From the human T2T-CHM13v2.0 reference genome, Homo sapiens: a stretch of 64,000 bases of DNA. The stretch lies in the NCBI RefSeq assembly GCF_009914755.1, contig NC_060947.1. One strand, 5' to 3'. Made by a program: the position numbers and the translations under genes. Shown here in pieces: positions 15,291-29,484 of this stretch (position 1 is its first letter; each line of letters begins with the position of its first letter). A model generated the notes under the pieces. That model searched no databases, had not been told where the DNA came from, and saw nothing but the letters and a program-made list of their open reading frames with translations.

Positions 15291-18200
15291 AGGATATCTC
15301 ATTTTTATTTATTATAATTTAAGTTCTGGGATACATGTGCAGAACGTGCAGGTTTGTTACATAGGTATACACGTGCCATGGTGGTATGCTGCACCCATCA
15401 ACCCGTCATCTACATTAGGTATTTCTCCTAATGCTATCCTTCCCCTAAACCCCACCCCCAACAGGCCCCAGTGTGTGATGTTCCCCTCCCTGTGTCCCTG
15501 TGTTCTCATTGTTTAACTCCCAGTTATGAGTGAGAACATGCAGTATTTGGCTTTCTGTTCCTGTGTTATTTTGCTGAGAATGATGGTTTCCAGCTTCATC
15601 CATGTCCCTGCAAAGGACACAAACTCATCCTTTTTGATGGCTGCATAGTATTCCATGGTGTATATGTGCCACATTTTCTTTATCCAGTCTATCATTGATG
15701 GACATTTGGTTTGGTTCCAAGTATTAGCTATTGTGAGTAGTGCTGCAATAAACATATGTGTGCATGTGTCTTTATAATAGAATGATTTATAATCCTTTGG
15801 GTATCTACCCAGTAATGGGATTGCTGTGTCAAATGGTATTTCTGGTTCTAGATTCTTGAGGAATCGCCACACTGTCTTCCACAATGGTTGAACTAATTTA
15901 CACTCCCACCAACAGTGTAAAAGCGTTCCTATTTCTCCACATCCTCTCCAGCATCTTTTGTTTCCTGACTTTTCAATGATTGCCATTCTAACTGACGTGA
16001 GATGGTATCTCATTGTGGTTTTGATTGGCATTTCCCTATTTACCAGTGGTGATGAGATTTTTTTCATGTTTCTTGGCCACATAAATGTCTTCTTATGAGA
16101 AGTGTCTGTTCATATCCTTCGCCCACTTTTTGATTTTTTTTTCCTTGTAAATTTGTTTAAGTTCCTTGTAGATTCTGGATATTAGCCCTTTGTCAGACTG
16201 ATAGATTGCAAAACTTTTCTCCCACTCTGTAGGTTGCCTGTTCACTCTGATAATAGTTACTTTTGCTGTGTAGGAGCTCTTTAGTTTAGTTAGATCACAT
16301 TTGTCAATTTTGGCTTTTGTTGCCATTGCTTTTGGTGTTTTAGTCATAAAGTCTTTGCCCATGCCTATGTCCTGAATGGTACTGCCTAGGTTTTCTTCTA
16401 GAGTTTTTATGGTTTTAGGTCTTATGTTTAAGTATTTAATCCATCTTGAGTTAATTTTTGTATAAGGTATAAGGAAGGGGTCCAGTTTCAGTTTTGTGCA
16501 TATGGCTAGCCGGTTTTCCCAACACCATTTATTAAATAGGGAATCCTTTGCCAATGGCTTGTTTGTGTCAGGTTTGTCAAATATCAGATGGTTGTAGATG
16601 TGTGGCATTATTTCTGAGGCCTCTGTTCTGTTCCATTGGTCTATATATCTGTTTTGGTACCAGTACCATGCTGTTTTGGTTACTGTAGCCTTGTAGTATA
16701 GTTTCAAGTCAGGTAGCGTGATGCCTACAGCTTTGTTCTTTTTGCTTAGGTTTGTCTTGGCTCTACAGGCTCTTTTTCGTTCCATATGAAAGTTAAAGTA
16801 GTTTTTTTTTTCTAATTCTGCAAAGAAAGTCATTGGTAGCTTGATGGGGGTAATATTGAATCCATAAATTACTTTGGGCAGTATGGCCATTTTCATGATA
16901 TTGATTCTTCCTATCCATGAGCATGGAATGTTTTTCCATTTGTTTGTTTCCTCTCTGATTTCCTTGAGCAGTGGTTTGTAGTTCTCCTTGAAGAGGTCCT
17001 TCACATCCCTTGTAAGTTGGATTCCTAGGTATTTTATTCTCTTTGTAGCAATTGTGAATGGGAGTTCACTCATGATTTGTCTCTGTTTGTCTATTATTGG
17101 TGTATAGGAATGCTTGTGATTTTTGCACATTGATTTTGTATCATGAGACTTTGCTGAAGTTGCTTATCAGCTTAAGGAGATTTTGGGCTGAGACAATGCG
17201 GTTTTCTAAATATACAATCATGTCATCTACAAACAGAGACAATTTGACTTCCTCTCTTCCTATTTTAATACCCCTCATTTCTTTCTCTTGCCTGATTTCC
17301 CTGGCCAGAACTTCCAATACTATGTTGAATACAAGTGATGAGAGAGGGCATACTTGTCTTGTGCCAGTTTTCAAAGGGAATGCTTCCAGCCTTTGCCCAT
17401 TCAGTATGATATTGGCCATGGGTAGGTCATAAATAATTCTTATTATTTTGAGATACGTTCCGTCAATACCTAGTTTATCGAGAGTTTTTAACGTGAAGGG
17501 GTGTTGAATTTTATCGAAGGCCTATTCTGCATCTATTGAGATACTCATGTGGTTTTTGTCATTGGTTCTGTTTCTGTGATGGATTACGTTTATTGATTTC
17601 TGTATGTTGAACCTGCCTTGCATCCCAGGGATGAAGCCAACTTGATCATGGTGGATATGCTTTTTGATGTGCTACTGGATTCCATTTGCCAATATTTTAT
17701 TGAGGATTTTCACATCGATGTTCATCAGGCATATTGGCCTAAAATTTTCTTTTTTTTCTTTCTTTCTTCTTTTTTTTTTTTTTTTTTTTTTTTTTTGGTG
17801 GTTGTTGTGCCTCTGCCAGGTTTTTCTATCAGGATTATGCTGGCCTCATAAAATGAGTGAGGGAGGAGTCACTCGTATTCTGTTGTTTGGAATAGTTTCA
17901 GAAGGGATGGTACCAGCTCCTCTTTGTACCTCTGGTGGAATTTGGCTTTGAATCCGTCTGGCCCTGTGCTTTTTATCGTTGTTGGGCTATTAATTACTGC
18001 CTCATTTCAGAACTTGTTATTGGTCTATTCAGGGATTCGACTTCTTCCTGGTTTAGTCTTGGGAGGTTGTATGTGTCCAGGAATTTATCCATTTCTTCTA
18101 GATTTTCTAGTTTATTTGTGTAGAGGTATTTATAGTACTCTCTGATGGTAATTTTATTTCTGTGGGATCAGTGGTGATATCCCCTTTATCATTTTTTATT

Positions 18201-18569
18201 GTGTCTAGTTGATTTTTCTCTCTTTTCTTCTTTATTAGTCTGGCTAGCAGTCTATCTATTTTGTTAATCTTTTCAAAACATCTCCTGGATTCATGGATTT
18301 TTTGAAGGGTTTTTCATGTCTCTATCTCCTTCAGTTCTGCTCTGATCTTAGGTGTTTCTTGTCTTCTGCTAGCTTTTGAATTTGTTTGCTCTTGCTTCTC
18401 TAGTTCTTTAAATGTATATGTTAGGGTGTTGATTTTAGATCTTTCCCGCTTTCTCCTGTGGGCATTTGGTGCTATGAATTTCCCTTTAAACACTGCTTTA
18501 GCTGTGTCCAAGAGATTCTGGTATGTTGTCTCTTTGTTCTCATTGGTTTTGAAGAACTTATTTATTTCT

Positions 18570-19473
18570 TTTTTTTCATTATTTATTTATTTTTTATTTA
18601 GGTCATCAATTTTTTTTATACTTTAAGTTTTAGGGTACATGTGCACAATGTGCAGGTTTGTTACTTATGTATACATGTGCCATGTTGGTGTGCTGTACCC
18701 ATTAACTCGTCATTTAACATTAGGTATATCTCCCAATGCTATCCCTCTCCCCTCCCCCCACCCCACAACAGACCCCAGTGTGTGACATTCCCCTCCCTGT
18801 GTCCATGTGTTCTCATTGTTCAATTCCCACCTACGAGTGAGAACATGCGGTGTTTGGTTTTTTGTCCTTGCGATAGTTTGCTGAGAATAATGGTTTCCAG
18901 CTTCATCCATGTCCCTACAAAGGACATGAACTCATCATTTTTTATGGCTGCATAGTATTCCATGGTGTATATGTGCCACATTTTCTTAATCCAGTCTATC
19001 ATTGTTGGACATTTGGGTTGGTTGCAAGTCTTTGCTATTGTGAATAGTGCCGCAATAAATATATGTGTGCACGTGTCTTTATAGCAGCATGATTTATAAT
19101 CCTTTGGGTATATACCTAGTAATGGGATGGCTGTGTCAAATGGTATTTCTAGTTCTAGATCCCTGAGGAATCGCCACACTGACTTCCACAATGGTTAAAC
19201 TAGTTTACAGTCCCACCAACAGTGTAAAATTGTTCCTATTTCTCCACATCCTCTCCAGCACCTGTTGTTTCCTGACTTTTTAATGATCACCATTCTAACT
19301 GGTGTGAGATGGTATCTCATTGTGGTTTTGATTTGCATTTCTCTGATGGCCAGTGATGATGAGCATTTTTTCACATGTCTTTTGGCTGCATAAATGTCTT
19401 CTTTTGAGAAGTGTCTGTTCATATCCTTTGTCCACTTGTTGATGGAGTTGTTTGTTTTTTTCTTGTAAATTTG
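18570..19473 (-). mobile_element. 5'-truncated L1 (L1PA4-like, ~0.9 kb) nested in the L1PA7 ORF2
   Basis: Second L1 3'UTR plus ORF2 C-terminus interrupts the host ORF2; perfect 12-bp TSD ttatttatttct (18558-18569 and 19474-19485). Confidence 0.93.
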
Positions 19474-22088
19474 TTATTTATTTCTACCTTAATTTAGTTA
19501 TTTATCCAGTAGTCATTCAGGAGCAGGTGTTCAGTTTTCATGTAGTTGTGAGGTTTTGAGTGAGTTTCTTAATCCTGAGTTCTAATTTGATTGCACTGTG
19601 GTCTGAGAGACTGTTTGTTATGATTTTCATTCTTTTGCATTTGCTGAGGAGTGTTTTACTTCCAATTATGTGGTCAATTATAGAATAAATGTGATGTGAT
19701 ACTGAGAAGAATGTATATTCTATTGATTTGGGGTGGAGAGTTCTGTAGATGTCTATTAGGTCTGCTTGGTCCAGAGCTGAGTTCGAGTCCTGAATATCCT
19801 TGTTAATTTTCTGCCTTGTCAATCTGTGTAATATTGACAGTGGGGTGTGAAAGTCTCCCACTTTTATTGTGTGGGAGTCTAAGTCTCTTTGCAGGTCTCT
19901 AAGCACTTGCTTTATGAATCTGTGTGCTCCTGTATTGGGTGCATATATGTAGGATAGTTAGCCCTTCTTGTTGCATTGATCCCTTTACCATTTTGTAATG
20001 CCCTTCTTTGCCTTTAATCTTTGTTGGTTTAAAGTCTGTTTTATTAGAGACTAAGATTACAACCCCTGCTTTTTTTGTCTGCTTTCCATTTGCTTGGTAA
20101 ATATTCCTCCATCCCTTTATTTTGAGCCTATGTGTGTCTTTGCACCTGAGATGTGTCTCCTGAATACAGCACACCAATGGATCTTGACCCTTTATTCATT
20201 TTGCCAGTCTGTGTCTTTTAATTGGGGCATTTAGCCCATTTACACTTAAGGTTAATATTGTTATGTGTGAATTTGATCCTGTCATTATGATGCTAGCTGG
20301 TTATTTTGCCCATTAGTTGGTGCAGTTTCTTCATAGTGTCGATGGTCTTTACAATTTGGTATGTTTTTGCAGTGGCTGGTACCAGTTTTTCTTTTCCATA
20401 TTTAGTGCTTCCTTCAGGATCTCTTGTAAGGCAGGCCTGGTTGTAACAAAATCTCTTCAGCATTTGCTTTTCTGTAAAGGATTTTATTTCTCCTTCGCTT
20501 ATGAACCTTAGTTTCACTGGATATGAAATTCTGGGTTGAATATTCTTTTCTTTTAAGAATTTTGAATATTGGTCCCCACTCTCTTCGGGCTTGTAGGGTT
20601 TCTGCAGAGAGATCCACTGTTAGTCTGATGGGCTTCCCTCTGTGGGTAACCCGACCTTTCTCTCTGGCTGCCCTTAACATTTTTTTCTTCATTTCATCCT
20701 TGGTGAATCTGACGACTATGTTTCTTGGGGTTGATCTTCTCAAGGAGTATCTCTGTGGCATTCTCTGTATTTCCTGAATTTGAATGTTGGCCTGTCTTGC
20801 TAGGTTGGGGAAGTTCTCGTGGATAATATCCTGAAGAGTGTTTTCCAACTTTGTTCCATTCTCCCCATCACTTTCAGGTACACCAGTCAAACGTAGGTTT
20901 GGTCTTTTCACATAATCCCATATTTCTTGGAGGCTTTGTTAATTCCTTTTCATTCTTTTTTCTATAATCTTTTCTTCACTCTATTTCATTAAGTTGATCT
21001 TCAATCTCTGATATCCTTTGTTTCACTTGATTGATTTGGCTATTGATACTTGTGTATGCTTCAAGAAGTTCTCGTGCTGTGTTTTTCAGTTCCATCAGGT
21101 CATTTATGTTCTTCTCTAAACTGGTTATTCTAGTTAGCAATTCCTCTAACCTTTTTTCAAGGTTCTTAGCTTCCTTGCGTTGGGTTAGAACATGCTCCTT
21201 TAGTTCAGAGGAGTTTGTAATCACCCACCTTCTGAAGCCTACTTCTGTCAAGGTGTCAAACTCATTTTCCATCCAGTTTTGTTCCCTTGCTGGCAAGGAG
21301 TTGTGATCCTTTGGAGGAGAAGAGGTGTTCTGGTTTTTGAAATTTTTCAGCCTTTTTGAGCTGGTTTTTCCTCATCTTCATGGATTTATCTACTTTTGGT
21401 CTTTGATGTTGGTGACCTTTGGATGAGTTTTTTTTTGTGTGTGTGGACGTCCTTTTTGTTGATGTTGATGCTATTTCTTTCTGTTTGTTAGTTTTCCTTC
21501 TAATAGTCAGGTCCCTCTGCTGCAGGTCTGGTGGAGTTCGCTGGAGGTCCACTCCAGACCTTGTTTGTCTGGGTATCACCAGTGAAGACTTCAGAACAGC
21601 AAAGATTGCTGCCTGTTCCTTCCTTTGGAAGCTTCGTCCCAGAGGGGCACCCGTCAGATGCCAGCCAGAGCTCTCCTGTATGAGGTGTCTGTTGACCCCT
21701 GCTGGGAGGTTTCTCCCAGTTAGGAGGCACGGGGGTCAGGGACCCACTTGAGGAGGCAATCTGTCCCTTAGCAGAGCTCGAGCACTATGATGGGGGATCC
21801 ACTGCTCTCTTCAGAGCCGGCAGCAGGAATGTTTAAGTCGCTGAAGCTGTGCCCACAGCCACCCTTTTCCCCAGGTGCTCTGTCCTAGGGAGATGGGAGT
21901 TTTATCTATAAGCCCCTGACTGGGGCTGCTGCCTTTCTTTCAGAGATGCCCTGCCCAGAGAGGAGGAATCTAGAGAAGCAGTCTGGCTACAGCAGCTTTG
22001 CCGAGCTGCAGTGGCCTCCATCCAGTTTGAACTTCCCGTTGGCTTTGTTTACACTGTGAGGGGAAAACCACCTACTCAAGCCTCAGTA

Positions 22089-22310
22089 ATGGCAGATGCT
22101 CCGCCCCCACCCCCCAAACTCCAGCTTCCCAGGTCGACTTCAGACTGCTGTGCTGGCAGCGAGAATTTCAAGCCAGTTGATCTTAGCTTGCTGGGCTCCT
22201 TGGGGATGGGATCTGCTGAGCTAGGCCACTTGGCTCCCTGGCTTCAGCCCCCTTTCCAGGGGAGTGAACAGTTCTGTCTCAATGGTGTTCCAGGAGCCAC
22301 TGGGGTATGA
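22089..22310 (+). other. L1PA7 antisense ORF0 homolog, open, 73 aa
   Basis: MADAPPPPPKLQLPRSTSDCCAGSENFK... aligns with ORF0 MAGAPPPASLPPCSLISDCCASNQ; strong Kozak context gtaATGg. Confidence 0.7.
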
Positions 22311-22944
22311 AAAAAAAAACTCCTGCAGCTAGCTCAGTGTCTGCCCAAATGGCCGCCCAGTTTTGTGCTTGAAACCCAGCGCCCTGGTGGTGTAGGCACC
22401 CAAGGGAATCTCCTGGTTTGCAGGTTGCGAAGACCATGGGAAAAGAGTAGTATCCTGGCTGGAATGCATGGTTCCTCATGGCAAAGTCCCTCAGGTCTTC
22501 TCTTGGCTAGGGGAGGAAGTTCCCTGACCCCTCGTGCTTCCTAGGTGAAGCGATGCCCCTCCCTGCTTTGGCTCACCCTCCATGGGCTGCACCCACTGTC
22601 TAACCAGTCCTAATGGGATAAGCCTGGTACCTCAGTTGGAAATGCAGAAATCACCCGCCTTCTGCATTTATCTTGCTGGAAGCTGCAGACCAGAGCTGTT
22701 CCCATTTGGCCATCTTGCCAGCCTCACCCGGGAGATCTTATTTTTATTTAAAAGACCTTTATTGTGAGTTTGTATATGTTTGTAAGATCATACAAAATTG
22801 TGTCATAGCTAGTAAGTATGATTACCTCACAGGGAATGAGACAGCAGGTGCAAAGGTAAACTAGTAAGTTTTTCTTTATACACCTCTATTTGACTATTAC
22901 CCTGTTTATAAAATGAGGTTTTACTACTTTTGTAATTTTTAATA

Positions 22945-23215
22945 AAATTTGCTTTTTCTTTGTGTTTGCATTTCCCTGATTACTAGTAAAGTTGAACAAG
23001 TTTTCTTATACTTATTGGCTACTTATATGTCTTCTTCTGTGAATTGCCTGATCATTGGTATTGCCCATTTTTCCATTAGTTAGTTCATAAATTTGTAGGT
23101 GTTCCTGGGTAGTAGGGATATTAAGCATTTGTTGGTCATATGTGTTGCAAATATATTTTCATGTTCATTGATTCATTTTAGTTTTCATGTGATCAAATCT
23201 GTGAATCTTTGTTTG
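22945..23215 (-). mobile_element. Ancient L1M ORF2 fragment
   Basis: tttgcatttccctgattactagtaaagttgaacaagttttctt...ttcttctgtgaattgcctg. Confidence 0.65.
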
Positions 23216-25489
23216 TAGCTCTTAAAAGAGTAACTTACTCCTATATGTCCTGATGTACATAACATATTAAGTAAAATAAGGCAAGTTGCTGAATGATATG
23301 TATAGTTTGATCCTCTCTTCCTATTTTGAAAAATAGGGGAAATATGTTTGTGTATATTTGCCTATATTTGTATTAGCAAATATAAAGCTATGGAAAGATA
23401 AAAACCCAAACTGTTAACATTAACAGTGGGGTGAGATGGGAGGAGGCAATTTATTAACTTTTTCTTTACACATCCTTGTATCATTTGACTTGTTACAAGT
23501 TTGTATAACTATTGTAATGTTAAAAATTCCAGTAAAGAAAAAAAGTCTTAAAGAATAATATTGCTGTAATTTCATCATCCTCCTTGGAGGAGAATGTATA
23601 TCATGTAGGGCAAGAACTACCCTCTCACAGATTCCCCTTGGAATCACTAAAAGAGAAGTAATTGATTGGATATGTCCCATAACTTATGGTTGGGTGAGTA
23701 GCACAATCTCTCAGATACATTCCCAGAGATTGACACAATACCCACCCCCGGTCTCACACACACACACTATCTGACCTTGGAGACTCTTCTCAATGCTAAA
23801 TAACACAAAGAGAAAAACGGAGATGGAAGTAGATATTTGCAGACCGTAATGATAGTGCATTTTGCATAGTAATGCATAGGAGTGGGAGAGGGCTAAGGGG
23901 AGACGGAAGGAGTGGTAGCAATGTTTGCATTGCTCAGTACTTGCACCACATACAAAAATAGCTAGCTATGCCTTTGCATTCTAACCAAGTGTCGCATTTG
24001 TTCTGTGACCTTATATAAAACGTACTTTCCTGGGTGTGACTTAAGAATAGTACATGCCCCTATGTTGGAAACAGAAGAGCAATGCCCTTTGAAAAGAATA
24101 GTAGTTGCATAATTTCTCAGAATTGGAAAGGACTTAGAATTGCTTTAGTTCTATCTGTCTTCTAATCCATGAGTTTTTAATGCAAATCTGGTGCAGATGA
24201 TCATCTAGTCTATGCATGAACTATTTCCAGTTAGAACTCTCTCCTTTAGAAAGCAGCTGTGATAATTGTTAGAATATTTTTCCTTTAGTTGCTCTGAACA
24301 GGGATAATTGTTATAATACTCTTCTTTAATTACTCTGAATTTTACCTTTTTATAACCCCTATCCATTGATCCTTCTTCCTTGTGACTTCCCATTAAAAAT
24401 ATGTGAAAATAGCTACTCTGTCTCCTAAGCCTTCCCCTCCAAAACTCTACATGGTACTCATTCTTCAAAACTTTCCAATTATGTCATGATTTCTGAATTA
24501 TTCACCATCCTACTACTTTGGAAACTATTTAATTTGTTTGAAATGTAATATTCTGAAATAGTTACACCTCTTCAAATGTCTGCCTAGTATAGAGTGCAGT
24601 TAAGATGATTGCCCTTGATTTGGATATTTTACTGGTCTCTCTGGTGTCACTGTAGCACCAGATTAACATTACTTTTCAAGCTAGGTTTCTCACATCCCAT
24701 GCTTACAGAATCAATTGCTTGCTTTTTTTTCTTTTCTTTTCTTTTCTTTTTTTAACTTAGCTGCAGAGTTTCACACTTATCACTGTAAAATGCCATCTGG
24801 TTGGTTTAGGCTAACAATTCCAGGCTCCTGCATTATCTGTTTCTCTGAAGAATGGATCTGCTTCTTTAATGCTTCAGCCCATGCCCAGAGGGAATGCAAA
24901 AAACCAAAAGCAAAAACAACAGGAGGAACCAGGCAGCCATAAACAAGCATGAACTGGCCTTCATCTATGCTTATTCCTTGATCCATGTCAGTTTGGCCCC
25001 TGCCTCCTTTTCCTAACCCCCTGCTCATTCATCATTCTAGCTTCCTGTCAGCTCCAGTCTCATCTCTAGTTTTATCTTCTCAGCTTGTCTGCTTTGCTGC
25101 CTCCCAAGCCTATATGCCCAATTTATTGCTTGTCTCCTCTACCCTGTTCTGGCCTTGGGACCCTTTCCTTTGAACTAACCCTAAAAACTACCTATGTTTC
25201 AGCCCAATCACTTCCCTAGCTCAACTCCCTTCTTGCTCTGACCTTGGAGTGCCAAACCCGGGAAAAATACTGTCAACATATAAATTAATAATTGTTCCCC
25301 ATTGGGGTTCATCAACAAAAGTTATGTTCATGTCTTTCATGTTGTCACATAAAACATTGATAAGTAAGTTGAACACTGAGCCAAGGACAGAAAATCTGTA
25401 CCACATTCCTTTTAGAGTATCTGTCCTTGGTTTTCTATTTCTTTTTTTCTCTAAAGTTTAATGAATCTGATTTTTTAAATTGTACAGGG

Positions 25490-25675
25490 TTGCACTAACT
25501 AATACAATAGCCACTAGCCATATGTCTATATAAATTTAAGTTTCCTTTGATTAAAATTAAAAATTCAGTTCCTAAGATGGCATGTTTCAAGTAGCCACAC
25601 AGTTCTAGTGGCTATAATAAATATATGATATAGATATAAAACATTTTCACCACCATAGAAAATTCTATTTGATTA
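25490..25675. mobile_element. MER3-like hAT-Charlie MITE
   Basis: aatacaatagccactagccatatg...aaaattcagttcct...caccatagaaaattctatt. Confidence 0.7.
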
Positions 25676-25902
25676 TGCCCAACATAACCTTATAACAATA
25701 TTGCAAGTACTCTTCATTTTGCCATTGATTCATTAGTTAACTGTTTTGTTCAACTAGTCATGAATATGTCTATCTTTGCTTTACATGCTCACATTTTTCT
25801 ATCTTGCCCAAAAGGATATCATAAAATCTTTTGCTGAAATAAAAATACATTGACCACTGTAATACCCTGGTCTAATTGCTGAGAATGCTTTTTAAAAAAA
25901 CA

Positions 25903-26116
25903 TTTTTTTAAGACAGGGTCTCCCTCCAGTCGCCCAGACTGGAGTGCAGTGGCATGATCTCGGCTCACTGCAGCCTCGACTTCTCAGGCTCAGGCAATCC
26001 TCCCACCTCAGCCTCCTGAGTAGCTTGAAGGACAGGCATGTACCACCACTCCCAGCTAATCTTTTCTTTTGTATTTTTAGTAGAGACAGGATTTTGCCAT
26101 GTTGCCCAGGCTGGTT
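25903..26116 (-). mobile_element. 5'-truncated AluJ
   Basis: agacagggtctc...gctcactgcagcctcgac...caatcctcccacctcagcctcc, AluJ diagnostics. Confidence 0.9.
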
Positions 26117-26134
26117 GAGAAACCCATTTATTAG

Positions 26135-26885
<751 letters not shown>

Positions 26886-27601
26886 CTAGGAAATGAGCTA
26901 GTTTGCCATGGCTCATTATTAGTGAACAACTACTTGCTCCTGGGAAGCATATTTCAGGAGCCATCTGTATAATATTGTGCTACAATTTCCCCTAAAAGCA
27001 ACATTAAATTTGCTGATATACACTGTCTGGAATCTTTTCTTCCTGTTTCAAAATTTGAGTATTTTGGTCGAGGGAGTATTGGTCAGGTGGTATATGATTG
27101 GATGGAGAAGGTAGAGACTATTATTACCTTCTTCTGCATTCACTTTTGACTTTTTTGACTTGTAAAATAAACATATATTTATTTTGTAATTTTTTCTAAT
27201 TAAATAATATAAGATATAATATGCTTTCTATCATTATTACTTTCTCCTCCACAGTGTTGTGATCTGTAGTTAAGAAGTATTGCCCATATAGTTCTTGTCA
27301 TCAGTCTGTAACGTACACTCATAACAATATTACTTTTGTTTCCTCTTTCCATTTTATCCTCAATTGAAAGGATATCTATCCTGCTTAAGTGATATATTCC
27401 TTTCTACATAGATGGATAACTTCTTAACATTCAGTGCTATTCCTCCTTTGCTACTCTGGGCTTTTTCTCTTTTAAAAGTACATATTCTCTAGTTATGGAT
27501 TGCTAGTTGCAACTCCTACTTTGTCAAGCCTTAGTGATTTATGGAGATTATACACACACAAACACATAATTCAAGTTTACTGTGTTCTCTAGATGTGCAT
27601 T

Positions 27602-27785
27602 CAGGGACAGATTTGAGTTTTGTTGAGTCTGAAGCTTTTATAATTTGAGGAGCCCACATCAAAGTAAGGAATATAAAATTAGCAATACAGAATTACTAGG
27701 GCCACTCCTAGGGCATTGGAAGTGCAAGTGAGAGGCCTTGAAGCTTAAGCTTCATTAGTGTCACAGTAAATAAATTTCCATGTGC
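27602..27785. mobile_element. Ancient hAT (Tip100-like) MITE
   Basis: gtgcaagtgagaggccttgaagcttaagcttcattag and tgaagcttttataatttg motifs; family name uncertain. Confidence 0.5.
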
Positions 27786-29484
27786 ATCTGTGCCAGGTGA
27801 GGAAGAATGGGTAGCCTGAAGTTGCTGGGCTGGGAATTCCTGGAAGAGGATGGTATGGCCTCCAAAGATAGGAAACACTAAGAAAAAAAAAAAAGGAAGC
27901 CTCTTTCCAACTTCAGAAATCTATCTGACTTTTGGCCTTAATTTCCCTGTTTTAGTTGTCTTCATAAAACAATTGTCTTTTTTTAGAGTAGCATTCCAGT
28001 TTTCAATAGCAAGAAGACCCGTGTTCAGCTATGCTGAGGGTTTCCAGGGCCTCATTTTAGAAACAAGCATAGCTCAAATCATGCTGAGCTTAAGAGCATT
28101 CCATGACAAGCAACAGAAGCTTTTCAAACTATGGTCAGAAGGCACATTTCATGACCTCTAGCTTGAGAAACATTAGGTAGCTTGTTGCTTTGTCCCCAGA
28201 GAAGTGGCATGTAAGAAAAATCAAAAGTAATGGTGCCAGGAGTGTTACGAACTGTGGTGGAAATCCTACAGTTTGCAAAGGTGTCTCCAAAAAGAAGAAA
28301 GAAAACCTCAAGAAGGTCCTTTAGCCTAGTGGTTCCCAAAAGTTTCCTCCCTCTACTAGGAGGATCTTTCAGAGAGGCTACCCAGCCACTCACAAGTATA
28401 TTGGAAGATATTGGACCTGAAATGTTTGGAATCACAGATGTGGGACTCTTCTTTCCAAAAAGATTGCTATATAACCTTATGTCACCATTCCCACCCAGGG
28501 CCCTCTGATGTACACAGCAAGCTTGTGCTAAGAGAAGAACTAATTTTCATATATGAGGTGTCAAAGTAGAGGAAAACCAGTAAATGGCAGACCCTTTTTG
28601 TATGCTTGAAAATTTTAATAAAGTGTTTTATGAGATGTTAAACAAATTTAAATAAAATTTTTGAATAAGTGTCTATTAAGGTAAATATTGCCAATCTTAA
28701 ATGTGTAAACGAAAAAAGAAACAACCAAGAATATTTTGAATCTATATTTTTCATAATACACACATGCCCTTGCAGTGTAATTTCTTCAGATTACGTGATT
28801 AGCAACTTACATAGCAAAATGAATATGTGGTTCTTTGTGTACAAAGATGGAAGTACTGACTTTGGAGTTGTTTTTCCAGTAAAAGGGATGCGAATTGGCA
28901 AGGCAGGAGGCGCTATTAAGGGCCAAAGAGCAGACAGATGCATCCTGATCCTCTAGGGTATCAAACCCATGTCCTTGGCACTATGTCCATGGTACTCCTA
29001 CCAACTGGGCTACTGTCTGTAACCTTGCCATGTAACATCTCAGTTCTGTTAAGCACGATTGCTCACAAACACAGCCTCCTTCAAGTCCTTACTGAATATG
29101 GTTTGTTCCCAGCCAAAAAAACTCACGGGAAGGAATGGGAATACATTTTAATTTTTTAGCATTAAAAGTTGCTGTTTTACTTTCTGGAAGTTTCTTAGCT
29201 TGAAAAACCGTGATTTTGCGCTCTGAGGTGATCCACTTGGTGATATCTGCTTAAGCAGTCACTACCTACTCTTAGGCTATGACTGGGTTCCATTTCTTTT
29301 TATAAATCCTGTTATTTCTGTTAGGAGGGCTTGAGGGCTGAAAGGGGGAAGGGGGAACTGGATAGCTCAGGGGCCTAGCTAATGCCATCTGATCTCTCTT
29401 ACCCCGAGGCTTTTTTGCATTTGGCTCCTCTTCACACAATCTCAAAATATGCACCGCACCGGCCCTTCAACAGTCATCAACAAG

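Larger units (their letters stand above)
15311..22730 (-). mobile_element. Full-length LINE-1, L1PA7-like, inactivated, with nested insertion
   Basis: 5' end ggctggcaagatggccaaatgggaacagc on the - strand; ~1.35-kb 5'UTR; ORF1 ~21375-20349 and ORF2 ~20285-15513, both fragmented; 3' end aagttctgggatacatgtgcagaacgtgcagg; diverged TSD ggatatctcatttttattt (15292-15310) / ggagatcttatttttattt (22731-22749). Confidence 0.93.

Noticed and set aside
27850-28625. Overlapping ~100-aa ORFs followed by AATAAA (possible processed pseudogene)
   Set aside because: No recognisable homology, poly(A) tail or TSD; would need BLAST
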